A stretch of DNA of 62,366 nucleotides, the filler included, from Platydemus manokwari (Eukaryota): the NCBI GenBank assembly GCA_037951405.1. It is 5 parts of 5 records of this genome, joined end to end, with 100 filler letters (N's around TTAATTAATTAA, not from the genome) between each part and the next. Parts side by side here need not be neighbours in the genome. Positions count along the whole stretch, not along the records: positions 11,582 to 22,222 come from JBBMOY011117219.1; positions 22,323 to 34,911 come from JBBMOY010068901.1; 3 more parts are not named here. One strand, given 5' to 3'. The position numbers were made by a program, and so were the translations under genes. This document shows positions 12,511-26,841 of this stretch, in pieces; positions within the stretch are counted from its first letter, which is position 1; every line of letters begins with the position of its first letter. The notes under the pieces are model-generated. The model searched no databases. It was not told where the DNA came from and worked only from the letters and a program-made list of their open reading frames with translations.

Positions 12511-13160
12511 GAATCAATTGAAGATTCTATATATTAATCAATTGAAGAATCAACTTTCCAACATTAATCAACTGAAGAATCTCCACCTCAAAATTAATAA
12601 AATATAAACCGAATATTAAATTAAAATAAGTCAAATATTAATCAAGTTTATTTATTAATGATATTGCAAAGCAATGTGTTGGCATAGATTTGCAAATTCT
12701 TTAACGCCAAATCGGTTTCTTTACATAAATTCAGATGAGTGTGAAAATGTTCTTCGTAATCTAAGCATACTCTTTCGTTGAGCCATGTGTTTGTTCCAGT
12801 AAGACTCAACATGTAGTGTATGAACTCCTTTTTTTAATTTAACGACATTCACAGAATGATTAAATGTTCTGTGAGTTAATACAAGACCTTGCAAATTCCT
12901 GTATGATCTCCGTGTGAATGATCCAGGTCGTACAACTGCTTGAATAATTGGTAAAAGTGTGCCTGCACCTCTTTTATCCACAATTTCCATATAACCCATT
13001 GCTGGTCTTACACTGGTATCAACTATATCAAAAACCCACAAAGTAGATGTTTAAAACACAATAGATTTATTGAACATGAAGAATCTCCACCCCAGCTTGA
13101 ATCAATTGAAGAATCTCTTTCTTAGACTTGTTCAACAGGGAGATTCTTCAATTGGTCAAT
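12511..13160 (-). mobile_element. Merlin/IS1595(ISXO2)-family transposase relic with flanking short repeats
   Basis: 12721-13041 reads WVFDIVDTS..GYMEIVDKRGAGTLLPIIQAVVRPGS..THRTFNHS..GVHTLHVESYWNK..EFM*RNRF, the IS1595 DDE C-terminal region. The usual IxSD motif after PGS is missing. AATCAATTGAAGAATC-type repeats occur on both sides. Confidence 0.85.
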
Positions 13161-16100
13161 AATTTCCAGTAAATTTGAAGATAAGAGAGTAAATTTTAAA
13201 TTTTTATTTGAGATTTCGACATCAATTATGTTTTTTGAACCGATTCGATATTCTGAATTCAACCATGCAATTTATGTTACAATTTCTTATATAATTCTGA
13301 TGAAACTATAATTAATGGCACTGATCAAAATTATTACTTTTAACATTTTATTAAATAATGAAATTTATGATATTTATCTAATTAAATTTATTAAACGTGA
13401 TAAATGAAATCGATAATTTTTACATTGATATAATTATTCAATGATATTTTTATAAATTTTAAACATTGTTAGATTCGAAAGTGTCATTAAAATCAGTTTT
13501 ATCTCATACATATGAGTGGCAAAAGATCTAAGAAGTTACCTAATCAGTTCAGATAGTACATCGAAGAAAACTAAACCAAAATATTGGTAAGATTAATTAA
13601 TAATTTGACATTTAGTCTTACATTTTTAAAGTTTATTTTTAAATTTACACAATGTTTATGGTGACACGTAATGTTGATTCCAACAATAAATGAAATCATA
13701 AATTAATCAAACTTCACCAAAAATATGTTTATGTAGATTTGCACAAAAATTCGATCAAATCAATTGACAAGAACCCGTATAAGTAAAATGGAATCAATTA
13801 ATATATTCCAAAACCTAATCAATTAATGTGTATATTTTAGTAACTGAAATCTGTGACGATTATTCGGAGAGAACTTGTCATGATATCTAAAATTGCATGA
13901 GTAATGAGTTTATGGTAAAAGCGCTTGCGTATGCAGTTATTTCAAATAATCACCTGATTTGACCTTGGTCATGACAGTAAATGAAGGTGAAAATTGTCTC
14001 TCATATAAGTTCAGCTATTTTAATGGAAATATTTGTAGATATATGTATAGTAATTATTTATTCATTGAGAATTTTTTGCTAAGAAAATCTATTTGAAATA
14101 TGAATTTATTTAAGGTTAAGTATTTAATGATCATTGAGTTTCTTAAAATTCTACTATTGGTAAATTTTAATGAAACTTATAAAAAATGAATGTTGTAATG
14201 ATATTTTATTGACAATATAGTCAACAATGCCTGAAGATCATTTAATTATAAACATGTAATTCTCATTCAACTATTATTATTAATAAATTAACATAGTAAG
14301 CACCGGTTAACAACTCAGGAAAGTGATCGTCTTTCTTCTTCCTCTATTTTTACATACTTAATTAGCATGATACGTCATCCACCTCATTATTAGTACTGTT
14401 ACCATATATTATAATCATATAAAACGGATTATCATAAAAGTAAATCGTTCTTATCATTAGGATTCTGGTTCAGATAATTTTACTTGAACAATATATCAGT
14501 GAACAAAATATTTCCACTGCTTTGTATAATGAATCAAATAAACAATGCATATCTGTTTAGCTTTTCAAATCAATTTATTTATCCATAAGTCGAATCTTAA
14601 TGCTTGGTTTTCATCTGAGAAAGCATGAATATTTCAAAAGTTCGTTTCCTTATATATAATTATTTTACCTATCTAAAACACTATTAACTAATATCTGCAT
14701 TTCACAACTGATTGTTTATATAAGCTATTTTTTCTATGCATTCTACATCTGCTCAAACTTCTAACACAATTTTAAATTAAATAAAATTCCTACTAATATT
14801 GTACAAGTTTTATATTAAATATATGATTAAAGATTTAACGATTAATTAAATCGATTGAAAATTTTCAAATTTAATTAACGAATTCGGAAATTGAAAAAAG
14901 AAAACATTGCTATTATCGAAGAAATGTTTTACAAAAATATTAATTTCATGATATTACAATGAAAAAAATTTGGAATGTGTAATTTATTTAATCAATTGGA
15001 AAATGTTGTTGGAAAATGTTTTTGGAGATAATTCTCTTTTACACTATTTATAGTTATTTAATATTTCGAATTGAAAATATATAACAATTTTGTTTTATAA
15101 ATTTCTTTCTAGATTTTCTTTTTCTCGAAATTCGTTTTAATTTCATTTTAAAATGTTCTAATCTATTTTTATGGATTTTCGTGTGCCTGAACCTTGATAT
15201 TGAATTATTTTGAATACGGATGATAAATTTATTTTCGTATCTATCCAAACACTGGATTAATTAATAATAATGATGAATCATGAATATAACAAAGGTGATC
15301 AAATATACGTTAATTTCGTATGAAATTAAATTAAAAACGTATTTTATTAATATTATTATTAATCTTATTTTATTTCAAGTCAATTGAAAAGATGTTTTCA
15401 TTGCTATTATCTAAATAATTTAATCTGTCTGATTAAGTTAAGTTTCAGCCTTTATTAGTGATTTTGTTAATACTGTGATTACATTAAGTTGATATTTTAT
15501 CAATCTTGATTAAGATTTATGTAAAAATATCAAATAATTGAAAATTACACATATTTACAATATAATAATACAAATAAAACAATGATGACATCATTATATT
15601 TATCATAACGTTAATGAAAATTATTTTTTAACTCGTTGATGTTGGGACAAGATAGTAATAGCAATTAATCACGAGTTTGATAGTATCTAGTCCAATATGT
15701 TCGTTACTTTATGAATCACTATCCGAATTATTGTGTTTTATATGACGAATTTTGGCCACATTGTCCATCAACTTGTTATTAATATCCAATAACTAGAATC
15801 TGAAAATCGGGTTTTTATAATGACATTTCGAATTTCGTTTTGATTAATTTTAAATAAAATGATTATAGTTATCAATTGGCTTTGAATATTGGAATTATAA
15901 ATTTCTTAAATATTAATTATATAAAGTTGTTTGAAATTGAGTTCAAATTTACGAAATCTATTTAACAATTTTAAAATAATCCGAATTATCAAACATAAAC
16001 GGATAATAAATTAATAAATGTGAATCAGTTATTCAAAGTTAAAAGTTTCAAATGGTGAGTTTTCTATGGGCATCGGAATCTATTTATAATAATCTTATTG

Positions 16101-16790
16101 AATTTTAAACATAAATAACGATATAGATATTTGGAATAAACTACTAATTCTCCAAATTTAGACAACAGTGAATGTTCGGGTCATTGTCTTATTTAGAGAA
16201 ACAAAACCCGAATGAATAACTTTATAAATGGAGTCATAGCAAATTAATAATATCAAATCGCTAAAAATCGAAAATAGTCAATCAATCAAATATTCATTAA
16301 CTGTCTACAAGACCTCATAATTATGTATCGTTTATTCATATACTGGGAGAACACTGTTGTTGAACATGAAGATAGTGGAATATTTTTCTGAAATAAACTG
16401 TAACGAAAACATTTAATTATATTCATTGATTCATATTATGGATTATTTCCAAAAAAAATAATTCCAAAATAACTATTTCATTAATTTTACCACACAATAA
16501 AGAAAAAAACAATCCATACGAAATATTTCCAATTTTAGAATTTTTCTTTTACCCTGGATTATTTAATTAAATTATTTATGGCTATTTAATAACCGGAACT
16601 CTGGAATATTTTCATAATTTAACATTCTTTTTTCAAATTGTTTCATAACGATTACTTGTTCAGCTCAGTATATGAAAAATAAATTCGTTAAAGATTTTTA
16701 TCATTCAAAATTGCAAATATTCAGTTCATTGGTTTTATTTGAGAGTTGAGAGTTGAATTTAAAGACTGTATATAATTGTTTATGTCTTTT

Positions 16791-16796
<6 letters not shown>

Positions 16797-16825
<29 letters not shown>
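16797..16825. repeat. (TA)n microsatellite
   Basis: Seen directly. Confidence 0.9.
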
Positions 16826-16828
<3 letters not shown>

Positions 16829-19800
16829 TGATAATATTTCATTTTATTCGACTTCAAGAACAAAATTCAATTATAAATTACCATTTTAACATTAGCTTAC
16901 AAGCTACTTAATGATTAGTGACAAGCACAAAATCTTATATAGCAATAAACATTCTATTACATGAGAAAAATATTCTAATACTTAAAAATTTATTAATTTG
17001 TAAATTTAATTTTAAAAAGTAAATAAGTATTCTACCTGTCAATAAAGAAATAATCAATTTTCCCAAAAAATTAGGAAATTCCAAAGGTTAACATTTTGTC
17101 AAGCAAATATAATTTTAATTAGTATAGATAATGTTCAGTGTTTTTTTAAATACATAATCCAATTTTATTAAAAATATTTATCAAATTAGTTAATGTGTTC
17201 ATTTCAATAATTTCAATTCAACAACTGAAATTTGTTTTGAGTAACATTCATGGGTATATTGAAATTATGATTTGTTGATATTTATTGAATAAATTCTGTT
17301 CGAATATTGAGAATTTTGAAATATTAAATGTATTATTAATTTTATGATATATATATGATTAAATTGGATTCTTGATGAACTTTTTCGTCATTTGATTTTA
17401 GAATAAATTTAGTGGTCCTATCTACACTTTGAAAAATAATTATTATAAGTCCAATTCAGTGATACTTCAGGATTGTTGATTAGAATAATCAGATTAGTAG
17501 TAGTGTATGAATATTCCGGCTATCAGAGTTTCTCTGTAATAAGTCTTACTTTATTCTGGGTCTGTTATACATTCATTATGGTTTGACGTATCCATAATAA
17601 ATTTGATCATGATGACTCGGAAACAAAATTCATGGTCCAGCGGTAAATAACAATATAAATAAATGAAATGACCGCGAGTTTGAATGTTTTAGAATAGAAA
17701 TAATTACATTGTTTTTTATAAGTTTTATCTGTTATTGATGAGTAAAACAGTTACAAAATCGAGTTATCTATGTATTATCTGTTGTAATTACCAGTGATTT
17801 AATTAGGAACATTCACAATACTGATACAATCAGTGATTATATTAAAAAATGATGTTCTTAAAATTGTATTGTATTACATAATTAATAATAACTATCATTT
17901 TCTTATGATGGATAACACCTGAAAAGATTGGGAAAATCTTAGTATCGAAATATATTTTAATGAATTGTAATCAATGATATTTCGTTCACTCGATTAAAGA
18001 TGGATGAATTAATTTGAGAATGTCATTTAAAGCACATAATTTAAAATTATAATTTAAAAATAATTTTTTTACAAATTTTCGGTCATTAAATTGCCATAAT
18101 AATTTTACGCAAATTAATCACATGAAATGGTTAAGGTTTAAATAGTAGGTACTTCAATGAATTTTCATTCTTAAACATTGAAGCTTTGAATTGAAGCAAT
18201 ATTAATTATAATAATAAAGATATAAGCTTTCTCATTGCAATTGAGTTATTTATTTCAAAAAATATTCTAAAGTCATTGAATAATAGGAATTATATAGCAT
18301 TTTATGGATATTTCAAGGCCTATAGCATTATGTGATTATTTCAAACGATTATATTAAGATTATAGTCAAATAGAAATTGTAATAAAATACAGGTGTGATT
18401 ACGTGAAATATTATCATCCAAATCAGAAGTTTGTCAATAAAAAATAAAAAAGACTTAATCTGATGAATATAAAATGTTGGTTTTTCCACGAAAAGTATTC
18501 AGAATTATATCTTGCGAGGTACATAGTTTCAAAAAATGAAATTAAATTTAACTTTACAAATGTAAACGAACCCTAAGAGAATTTATAGTTACTATTGAAT
18601 TTCAAACTTCAATTATTGATAGCCATTTCTTTGTAATCACAAGAAAGAAATCGTTTAAAAATCCAGAATAATAAAGTGAAATTATTAGTTTTCTAGTGAG
18701 GTTCAAAAGATTTTGTCAAATTTTATATGAAATAAATTTTAAAATTCTTTAAATGCAATTAGAAATTTCATAAGTAAAATACTAATTCTAATCATTTATA
18801 ACTTAAATATATTTCATCGACATTTGTCAAAATTTTAATGAAAATTTAAGCCGTGATTATAGTTTATAAATTAAATATCGAATGTGATCTGTGTTTTTAC
18901 AGATGTTTATTAATTGGAATTTATTGACAATTATTTTCCTTGAAAATTTCACGTTTAGAAATTGAGAATAAAATAGTAGGGAAGAAATAAATAATTCTAT
19001 TTCCAGATTATCGAAAATATTTCAAGTTGCTGGTTGGAGGAATAAGTTTAGAACAACTATTTGCTAAGACTTTATAAAATTATTTTTTATTAAATATAAT
19101 AAAATATAATGCTCACTAAATAAGGCAATGTATATCATGGGTTTATCGCAATACTATCAAGCAAAATATGGAATTATTTGTAATTGTCAATTATTAACAA
19201 TTATATTCACCAGATTATTCGACTAAAGTTAAGAAAAGGAATCCCAAAAAAAATTTTAATTTGTTGAGTGTATTGCAAAAATCTATATAGTTTGTTTAAT
19301 TATAATCTTTAAAAACATTTTTGAATTTTTTATTTAAGCCCTTAGGAAGAATAAAAGTTGTTTGAATTCAAATATTAAATAGACTAGAGTTTAAAAATCC
19401 ACAAAAAATTGATTATTTGTAAAACAAGTCAAATTGCAATTGATTGAAATTTAACGAGGATCCATTCTTTTAATATTATAAACAAAATGAGACACTTTAA
19501 ATTTTTACAATTATTTGATAAAAACAAGTAAAACTAGACTATTAAACATTTCATGAGCTTCATTAGTTCATTTATAATTAAATTAATTTAAATTTACAAA
19601 ACAAAGCCCATGTAGAAGTGTTGTGATTAGAGTAGTGAAGTATTAACTGAATTTTAAAAATAAATTAAACATCGAAATTATAAATAAAATGATGTTATAA
19701 AATTACCTTATGCGCAAAAATTCATCATTACGAAAGTAGATCGAAGGACCCCCCTTTTTAATTTAAGCCGATTATTCGATTTCAGTCATTGTTATTATAG

Positions 19801-21725
19801 CATTTTCAGTTGACAAAACAAAATCATTTTTAAAATCTATTTTTATATATTTAACTATGATAATGAAGATTTGACTACTGCTGGTCTTTTCAAATCACTG
19901 ATTTAATTTTTAGAATTTTTGAATCAAAACGTTATGGTTGGTTTAAAAAACATTTTCAGTTTAATCATGAATCTATTTACAGCTAGCTTTGAAAGATTTG
20001 GTCTTTGTTGAATTCTTATAATTCACATTAGATTAGAATTAGAAATGAATTTCTATCTTTTACTTATGCACGTGCAGACTACATTTTAAGTACTAAGATT
20101 GCCTGTCTGATTTGTAATATCGATTGGCTTACATAAGAATTTCCCTTACTAATACGAAAACAAACCAGGTGAAATTGATCATGCTTATTTATCATGATCT
20201 TAATCAATACTTGAAAAAATTTGAGCTTAATAATATTGGTTTTATTTAATAAGTTCAAATATCTTTCAAATAGGGAAAAATTTAGGAGTTTAATTCTTTC
20301 TAAAAATGCTCCATATCTTTGCAATAAATGAAACTCGATCATTTCTTTAGATGTTCGAAACATGTTTATTATCAATTATTAACAATGTAAACTATTATTT
20401 TTGTAGATAAACATTATCATCTATGTTGATATTTCATGGTAGAAGTATTACTTTAATTGTTGTTAGTAACCATCAATGGTACTATTAGTTTGAGACTAGA
20501 TTATTGCCATATAGTTTCAATTAGATGCCAGTATTTTCATGGGTCGAATAATTGTAATATCAAAATTAATATCAAGTTCTTTGGTCTGGTTATGCTGGAA
20601 TAATTTGAGATTTTGTAATTTTATTATGTAAATAATTTCCTAATTAAAAAGTTTAAGTTATTAGTTGTATAAAAGCACTGTTTTCAGGTAACACAAAAAA
20701 TTATTTAAATGGAGAAATTCATGTCTACATTTCTATAAATAGGTTTATTAAATTAGTTAAGTAATAATCAAGGTAATAATAGTTTGAAGAGTTCATTATG
20801 CAATGATTTTGTGTTAAATTTTTATTATATATATTTTTATATATTATATGAAAAATAAATTTTAAAAATAATCAATTCAAAATTCGATTATTTTTGTAAT
20901 CATTTATTTTTTCAGCATCATTATTAACGAAAATTAACAATGGGGTATCAATTGTACCTCAAACATATTCATTGGATTGTTGTTATTTGAAAAAAACCGG
21001 ATAGATACCATGTCTTATATTTACTTTAATGTCTTTTTCAATGTTTAGCAATTCAAATAATTATTTTCAAAAAACACAATGTCCTTTATCCTTAGTTTGA
21101 AAATATTTAAAAAAAATCGAATTAATTAAAAATTTATGTCAGAAATTCATTTTTGATTTCTTGTATTGAAAACATAAAAGGAAATTTTTTTAAAGGAAGG
21201 ACAAGACTTATGCATTATGACACCATAAATGAGGAATAAAGTCAATGGAGAATGAAAAATTAATTTTGAGACACTTGATCTCTAACTGATTATGATACCG
21301 ACTAACTACGATTTAGAAGTTTAAAATTAGAAAAATGTCTTTATTTTAATATACATTCTCCAAGTAATATTGTAAAATATAGAAAATTTTATCGTTTATC
21401 ATTTTTTTCAAAATTAAATATATTCACATCTCTTCCATGCAACCAAAACCATGAAAACATAATTTAACAATTTGTCTATCAAACCGTATCAAATTTCAGA
21501 AAAATCAAAGCAAAGAGAAACAAATAATGTATATAAACTTTAATAATAATAATAAAATTCTTATATACAATAAAATATTTCAAAGAATTCTCTAAAAAAC
21601 AAGACAGTACGTCATAAAAAAAGACGCATCAATATTTACAAATAAAATTTTGCTCGTTAATGTTTTACAAATTTCTTAATAAAACCTGATATGATTAAAA
21701 AATCATCATCATCAGCCCTAGATGG

Positions 21726-22050
21726 CTAATCTAATTCAATTTCATCATCACAAGTTACAGTCAATTTGGGAGGAACATAGACATCAAACACAATTGGCTC
21801 ATACTGTTCACTGGATCTTATAAAAAATCCAGGATTACTGATTTTTGGTTTTTGAAAACAGTTCACCGTTTTACCATTTAATGAGCTAGCTAGAGAATCT
21901 TGGGACCACAATCCATATGCATCGGTATTAAATGTCTGTTTCCGCCTAAAGTTCACATATGATTGGAATGAGGCATTACTAAATATGATATCATCCTTGA
22001 ACAATACACCATAGTTTCCATCATTTTTTCCATATAAATGCAAAATCGGT
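21726..22050 (-). CDS. Terminal coding exon of an unidentified gene (upstream exons at or beyond the gap)
   Basis: TTTTACAG acceptor at 22051, then an open frame (R)PILHLYGKNDG...YVNFRRKQ...YGLWSQDSL...DDEIELD* with globular composition. No family recognised. Confidence 0.6.
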
Positions 22051-22222
22051 CTGTAAAAATATTTATCATTAATTTATAGATTATTTATTAATCATCAATT
22101 TTATACATTTTTTAAAAATTAAACAATTACCTTGCAATTAATATATACATTGATTTTTATTAACTTAACCTAAACTTATCCAAATAAATAAATATTAAAT
22201 AATATATTTTAATTTAAATATT

Positions 22223-22322
22223 NNNNNNNNNNNNNNNNNNNNNNNNNNNNNNNNNNNNNNNNNNNNTTAATTAATTAANNNNNNNNNNNNNNNNNNNNNN
22301 NNNNNNNNNNNNNNNNNNNNNN
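22223..22322. other. Assembly gap with linker
   Basis: N run + TTAATTAATTAA. Confidence 0.98.
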
Positions 22323-22559
22323 GAAAGATGGCTTCGAGTCATTGAAAATGATGGACTGTACTTCGAGGAATAATATGTTCAGCGTTATAACAATTTGTGC
22401 TAATAAAATACCTGCATAAAAACATGAATAACTTTTGACTCAACCTGGTATATCATACTTTAAATAAACAATTTGATTATTAAATAACTCCGAAAACAAT
22501 TCAAGTTTAAATAAATATAAAAAATTTGAAGTCGATTGTTATTGTGGAATGGTTTTGGT

Positions 22560-23530
22560 TTTAGGGATCCATTTTTGAATATTTTAATCAAATTTAGTTG
22601 GGTCCTTGACTTCTAGATCCGACCTTCCATAATTCATGATAAATAATCATTAAAGATAATATAAATAATTATATAAATAATATAACATAATAAATAATAT
22701 TGTTGGTTCCTCAAATAATTAACTATGCTTCGAATCCAAAATAGAAGGCAAATATTGTATTTCGATCGTATACTATTCAGTACACTTACACGTAACTACA
22801 TGAATATTAAGTCTTCACGTCGGCTTTTAAATTGAATTATTAAGATTGATATATCTGATATTCTGGTTCGAGATTTCTTCATTTTAAGTCTTCTATTTAG
22901 CTTTGCAACATTGCTGAGTAGCTCTATTATTTATTTGTTGTTTTGGCTGAGTAGCGCTAGGAAGTTAGTACTCGATCCGAACAGACATTCTTTGTTCCCT
23001 ATGTGCCTTGTATGTCTCGTGGGCATCTCTGAACAATGTCGTTATTAGGAACCCCGAGATAAACGTGATTTGCTTTTTATCGAGTCCGATATTGGATAGG
23101 ACCTTCTCATCATGAATCTTGTTTTTCTGCGGTTTTGTATTTCTCGCGATTCAGGAATCTATGACGTTGGAAGTTGTCTTTCTTATCAAGAGGAATTTTA
23201 AGGTCGACGTTGTAGTCTTGGCGTTTGATTTTTGTTTCGGATCACCAAGTCCGGCCGTATTTTATTCACAGATTTCGGGTTAGGTTAGTATTATAACGAA
23301 AGGATTATAATATCAACCAAAAACATGGCCTCAAACTGGAAGTTGGCCATCTTTGCATCGATATTTATATCCGCAATTTGTGCGTAATTTTTCGTATCAT
23401 GTTGTATCATATTTTGATTCGATCTTTGCTTTTCCATGTTATTTTGAGGTTTTAAGTTTTGTGTTATGAATTTTTCTGGATCCACTTCTGAAAATTCTCA
23501 ACAAATTTAGTTGGGTCCTTAGCTTCGATT
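22560..23530 (-). mobile_element. Penelope-like retroelement relic (degraded RT + GIY-YIG)
   Basis: Minus-strand fragments in PLE order: EAKDPTKF..QKWI (23526), FLVDII (degenerate YVDD), LLSQNN, VVTCKCTE*Y..E..KH (GIY-YIG-like, ~22800). Many stops and frameshifts. The KDPTKF segment is repeated at 22590-22614. Confidence 0.5.
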
Positions 23531-26500
23531 AAAAAATAGTTCACTTAAAATTATTAAACGTATATATGATGACGCTCAAAATAATATATTAAATACTCTG
23601 ATATAATTATTTACAACATAATATCCGGCTGTTTCTAAGTCGTAATTTATGACTTCTGTCAAGTGGTTGAGGTCTACATTTACGTTGATTCATTTATATT
23701 GATGACTTACTTCAACATTCTCTCGTTTCGTTACTGAGTTACGTGTTATTTATCATTTATAATCTTATTACTTTTTTCGTATAAAGACATGGCAACTCAC
23801 TCTGCTAAAGAAAACCATTGGTGTTTAAATTACTCACTACGTACAATATCATTGCTAAATAAGTTCAAAACCTGAGACTCCTTTTCAAGTATTTCTTGGA
23901 TTTTCCAGTAGACTTACTTTCTGCAATATATTCGATTTTTACTCTTCTGATGTATTCATATACGTACAATGTTTTTAAATAATCCAGTTATATATTTTAT
24001 TTTGATAGTTGGTTTAATTGAAAAAGCATAATTATATGTTTTTTGTATACTTCTCAGAAGGTAATTCATAGAAATTCAATGTTAATAGAAACAGTTTCAA
24101 AATATTATTCGAAATAATATACAAAATATTTATTTCTGACGCCCATGTATTTATGTGTAAAGAAATTACATGATTGGATGTTTTATTGGTGAGTGGTAAC
24201 TGCTAATAGAACGTGCAAACATACACACATACACGTACCGTAATGATTTATTTCTCCACTTGTGAATCTCAATTATAATATCTTTAAATTAGCCTCCAAA
24301 TTTAAATTTGATGCCAGCATTTGTTTGAATAAATTAAAATGAATTATTTACAGATAGTCAATAATTATTTAAACAATCCGGGTAAATCAAGTGATATGGT
24401 GAAGAGTATTTTGGTCCATTTAAATCAAATGAAAACCGCAACATCAGTATTGATTGGGAAATTGGAGAAATTAATCCAGATCAATATCCAGTCATTGACT
24501 ACATCACGGGAACATGTACAGCAATTTTTCGCCATTATTGGTGAATACGGTCGTCAAATTCAAGAGGTTCGTTTTGTTTTAATTACCGGAACTCGATTCT
24601 GTTGTTTTAATAGAAAGCAAAACAATGATTTCCGAAACGATTAATGAGAATCGGATTTCTATTTTCCAGGGAAAAATTATCCTAGACCGTTGTTTTTTGT
24701 CTTCAAATCCATTTTCGTCTCCAATCGATGTATAAAGCTTGAAATCTGATAAGCATCGATTAACAATGTACAAAATTGATGAGATGTATTTTTAAATCGA
24801 AAAACAAATTTATCAAATTAAATCATCAAAAATGGAATGAAATAATGGAATATTAGCAATATATTGATTTACTGCATATTTTATTAAATTCCGAAAAATA
24901 AATCATGTAATATTATATAATTATTATTATTTATTTATTTATTATAATAATATTATAATATTATTAATAATATTTAATAATTATATCCCTCTAGTATGTT
25001 ACGACACAAAATTTTACATTTAACTACAATTATTTAAACAAATAAATATATTTTGATATTAATTTAGAAAATTTCCTAAATTTTAGAATCCTCGCATCAC
25101 TCTTCTTTAAAATCTAAGATTTTCCTTGCGTTCTCAATTATCTCTATATCGAATGATTTAAATATAAATCTAAATGAAAATTTCTATTTCTTTTGACGGC
25201 TTTATATCTTCTTTAAAATTTCCTTTCTATATCATTTATATTTTCATTTTATCTTCTTCGCCATGGACCCCGATACTATTTTAGAAACCATACTTTGTAT
25301 ATCAACTGAAAAGCCCCAACACATAATTATATATTGAACTACACATTTTATGTAAACAAATTGTTGTCTTTTATATTTGTTATTGATGAACCCAATCGAT
25401 CGTATGAGTTTATTCCAATTTATTTTTCTGATATTATCTGTGTGTCTTTTTACTTATCAATTTTCTTGGTTTTGATATTAACTCCTGCGTAAAATTAGAT
25501 TTAATGGCTAAGCGTTTTTCGCTTGACAATGCTCTAATTGCTCCCAGATTTGCGTATATTTTCAAAATCATTTCTTTCATTTGATCTGGAAAGGCTAATA
25601 TTGGGATGGTTGGTATAATTAATGCACTTATCAGATCGTTCGATTCGCTTATCGAATACAACGATCTGGCTAACCACTAATAATATTCTCAGATCTTAAT
25701 TATGCTATACAAATGGCGATTATAATGATTTTTGTCCATCATTCAAATACCTTCTGCACTAATCGAATAACATAAGAAATTTAATATCTTGGAGCAAAAT
25801 ATCAACGTTTAATGTTAGTTTCCAGCAAGATGGTAATTCTGTGCTGATGAGATACAGTTTTGTATTCGAGACAAGTTCCTGTTTTATAGCTAATCCGAAC
25901 CTGGTTAGAATTTATACTTAATTGAGTCAGATCACAAAATAGAGCCATGCTATCGACTAATTAATAATTATCATATCTAATAATTATGATAATTATTTGC
26001 TTTTAGGCAATACTATCACATAATGGAATGAACAGTAATTGCTACAATATCAAAAAATTTGACAGAACTGTTTCGACAATTTCAATATTAATTATTTCAT
26101 CTCATCAGCACAATGGTACCGATTTATTAAGCCACTATTAGAATTAAAAATAACGACATATCTCCAACAAATCGATATTGCCATCTATTGTTGATATCAA
26201 ATCGGTAAATCATTTCAAGTGAATATTTATCACTTGAAATTAGAAACGAGAACAAATATGTATTCGTCACGATTCGCATCGTCGAAATCAAGATTGACAA
26301 CACCAAAAAAAATCAACTTCAAAGCGTCACCTTCTTCATACATTTCATTTCGGTATCGATAGAATTTTAGAAAATTATCTTTCTTATTTTCCTGTCTGAT
26401 TAAATTTGTGTACTTTTACGCTTAATTTTTTTTCAATCTTCAACAATTTGTCAACATCAAATCAAATTCAATTTCAATATTTGTTTTGAAGATATCTACT

Positions 26501-26800
26501 GAAAACAAATAAGTATTTTGTTTGCTCACGTTCATTGAAAGTGCATATCATTTTCAGAATTATTTTCAAAATATTAGTTTTGAAATTTATACGTTATTTA
26601 AGAAAGACATTATTTACTTGTAATTATTATTATTATTATTGTTATTGTTAGAATTTTTAAATTAATTTAATATCATTACAATAATATTAATTTGTTTATG
26701 TTATTGTTTTTCACTTCGTTTCCAATGCGTGTATTATAAAATAATAGCGGCTTACAATTGTTGCCGTTATTATTATTATTATCATTATTATTATTACTAA

Positions 26801-26802
<2 letters not shown>

Positions 26803-26838
<36 letters not shown>
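26803..26838. repeat. (TA)n microsatellite
   Basis: Seen directly. Explains the spurious ORF 26758-26955. Confidence 0.9.

Positions 26839-26841
<3 letters not shown>

Noticed and set aside
12511-13160. CRISPR-like array or bacterial contamination
   Set aside because: Repeats are irregular and degenerate and flank a Merlin relic; the context is intron-rich eukaryotic DNA.
11790-14770. Scattered minus-strand exon-like pieces (e.g. IDEANSLFNSVMLITKFWKASERLL*)
   Set aside because: Could not be joined into a frame or assigned to a family.
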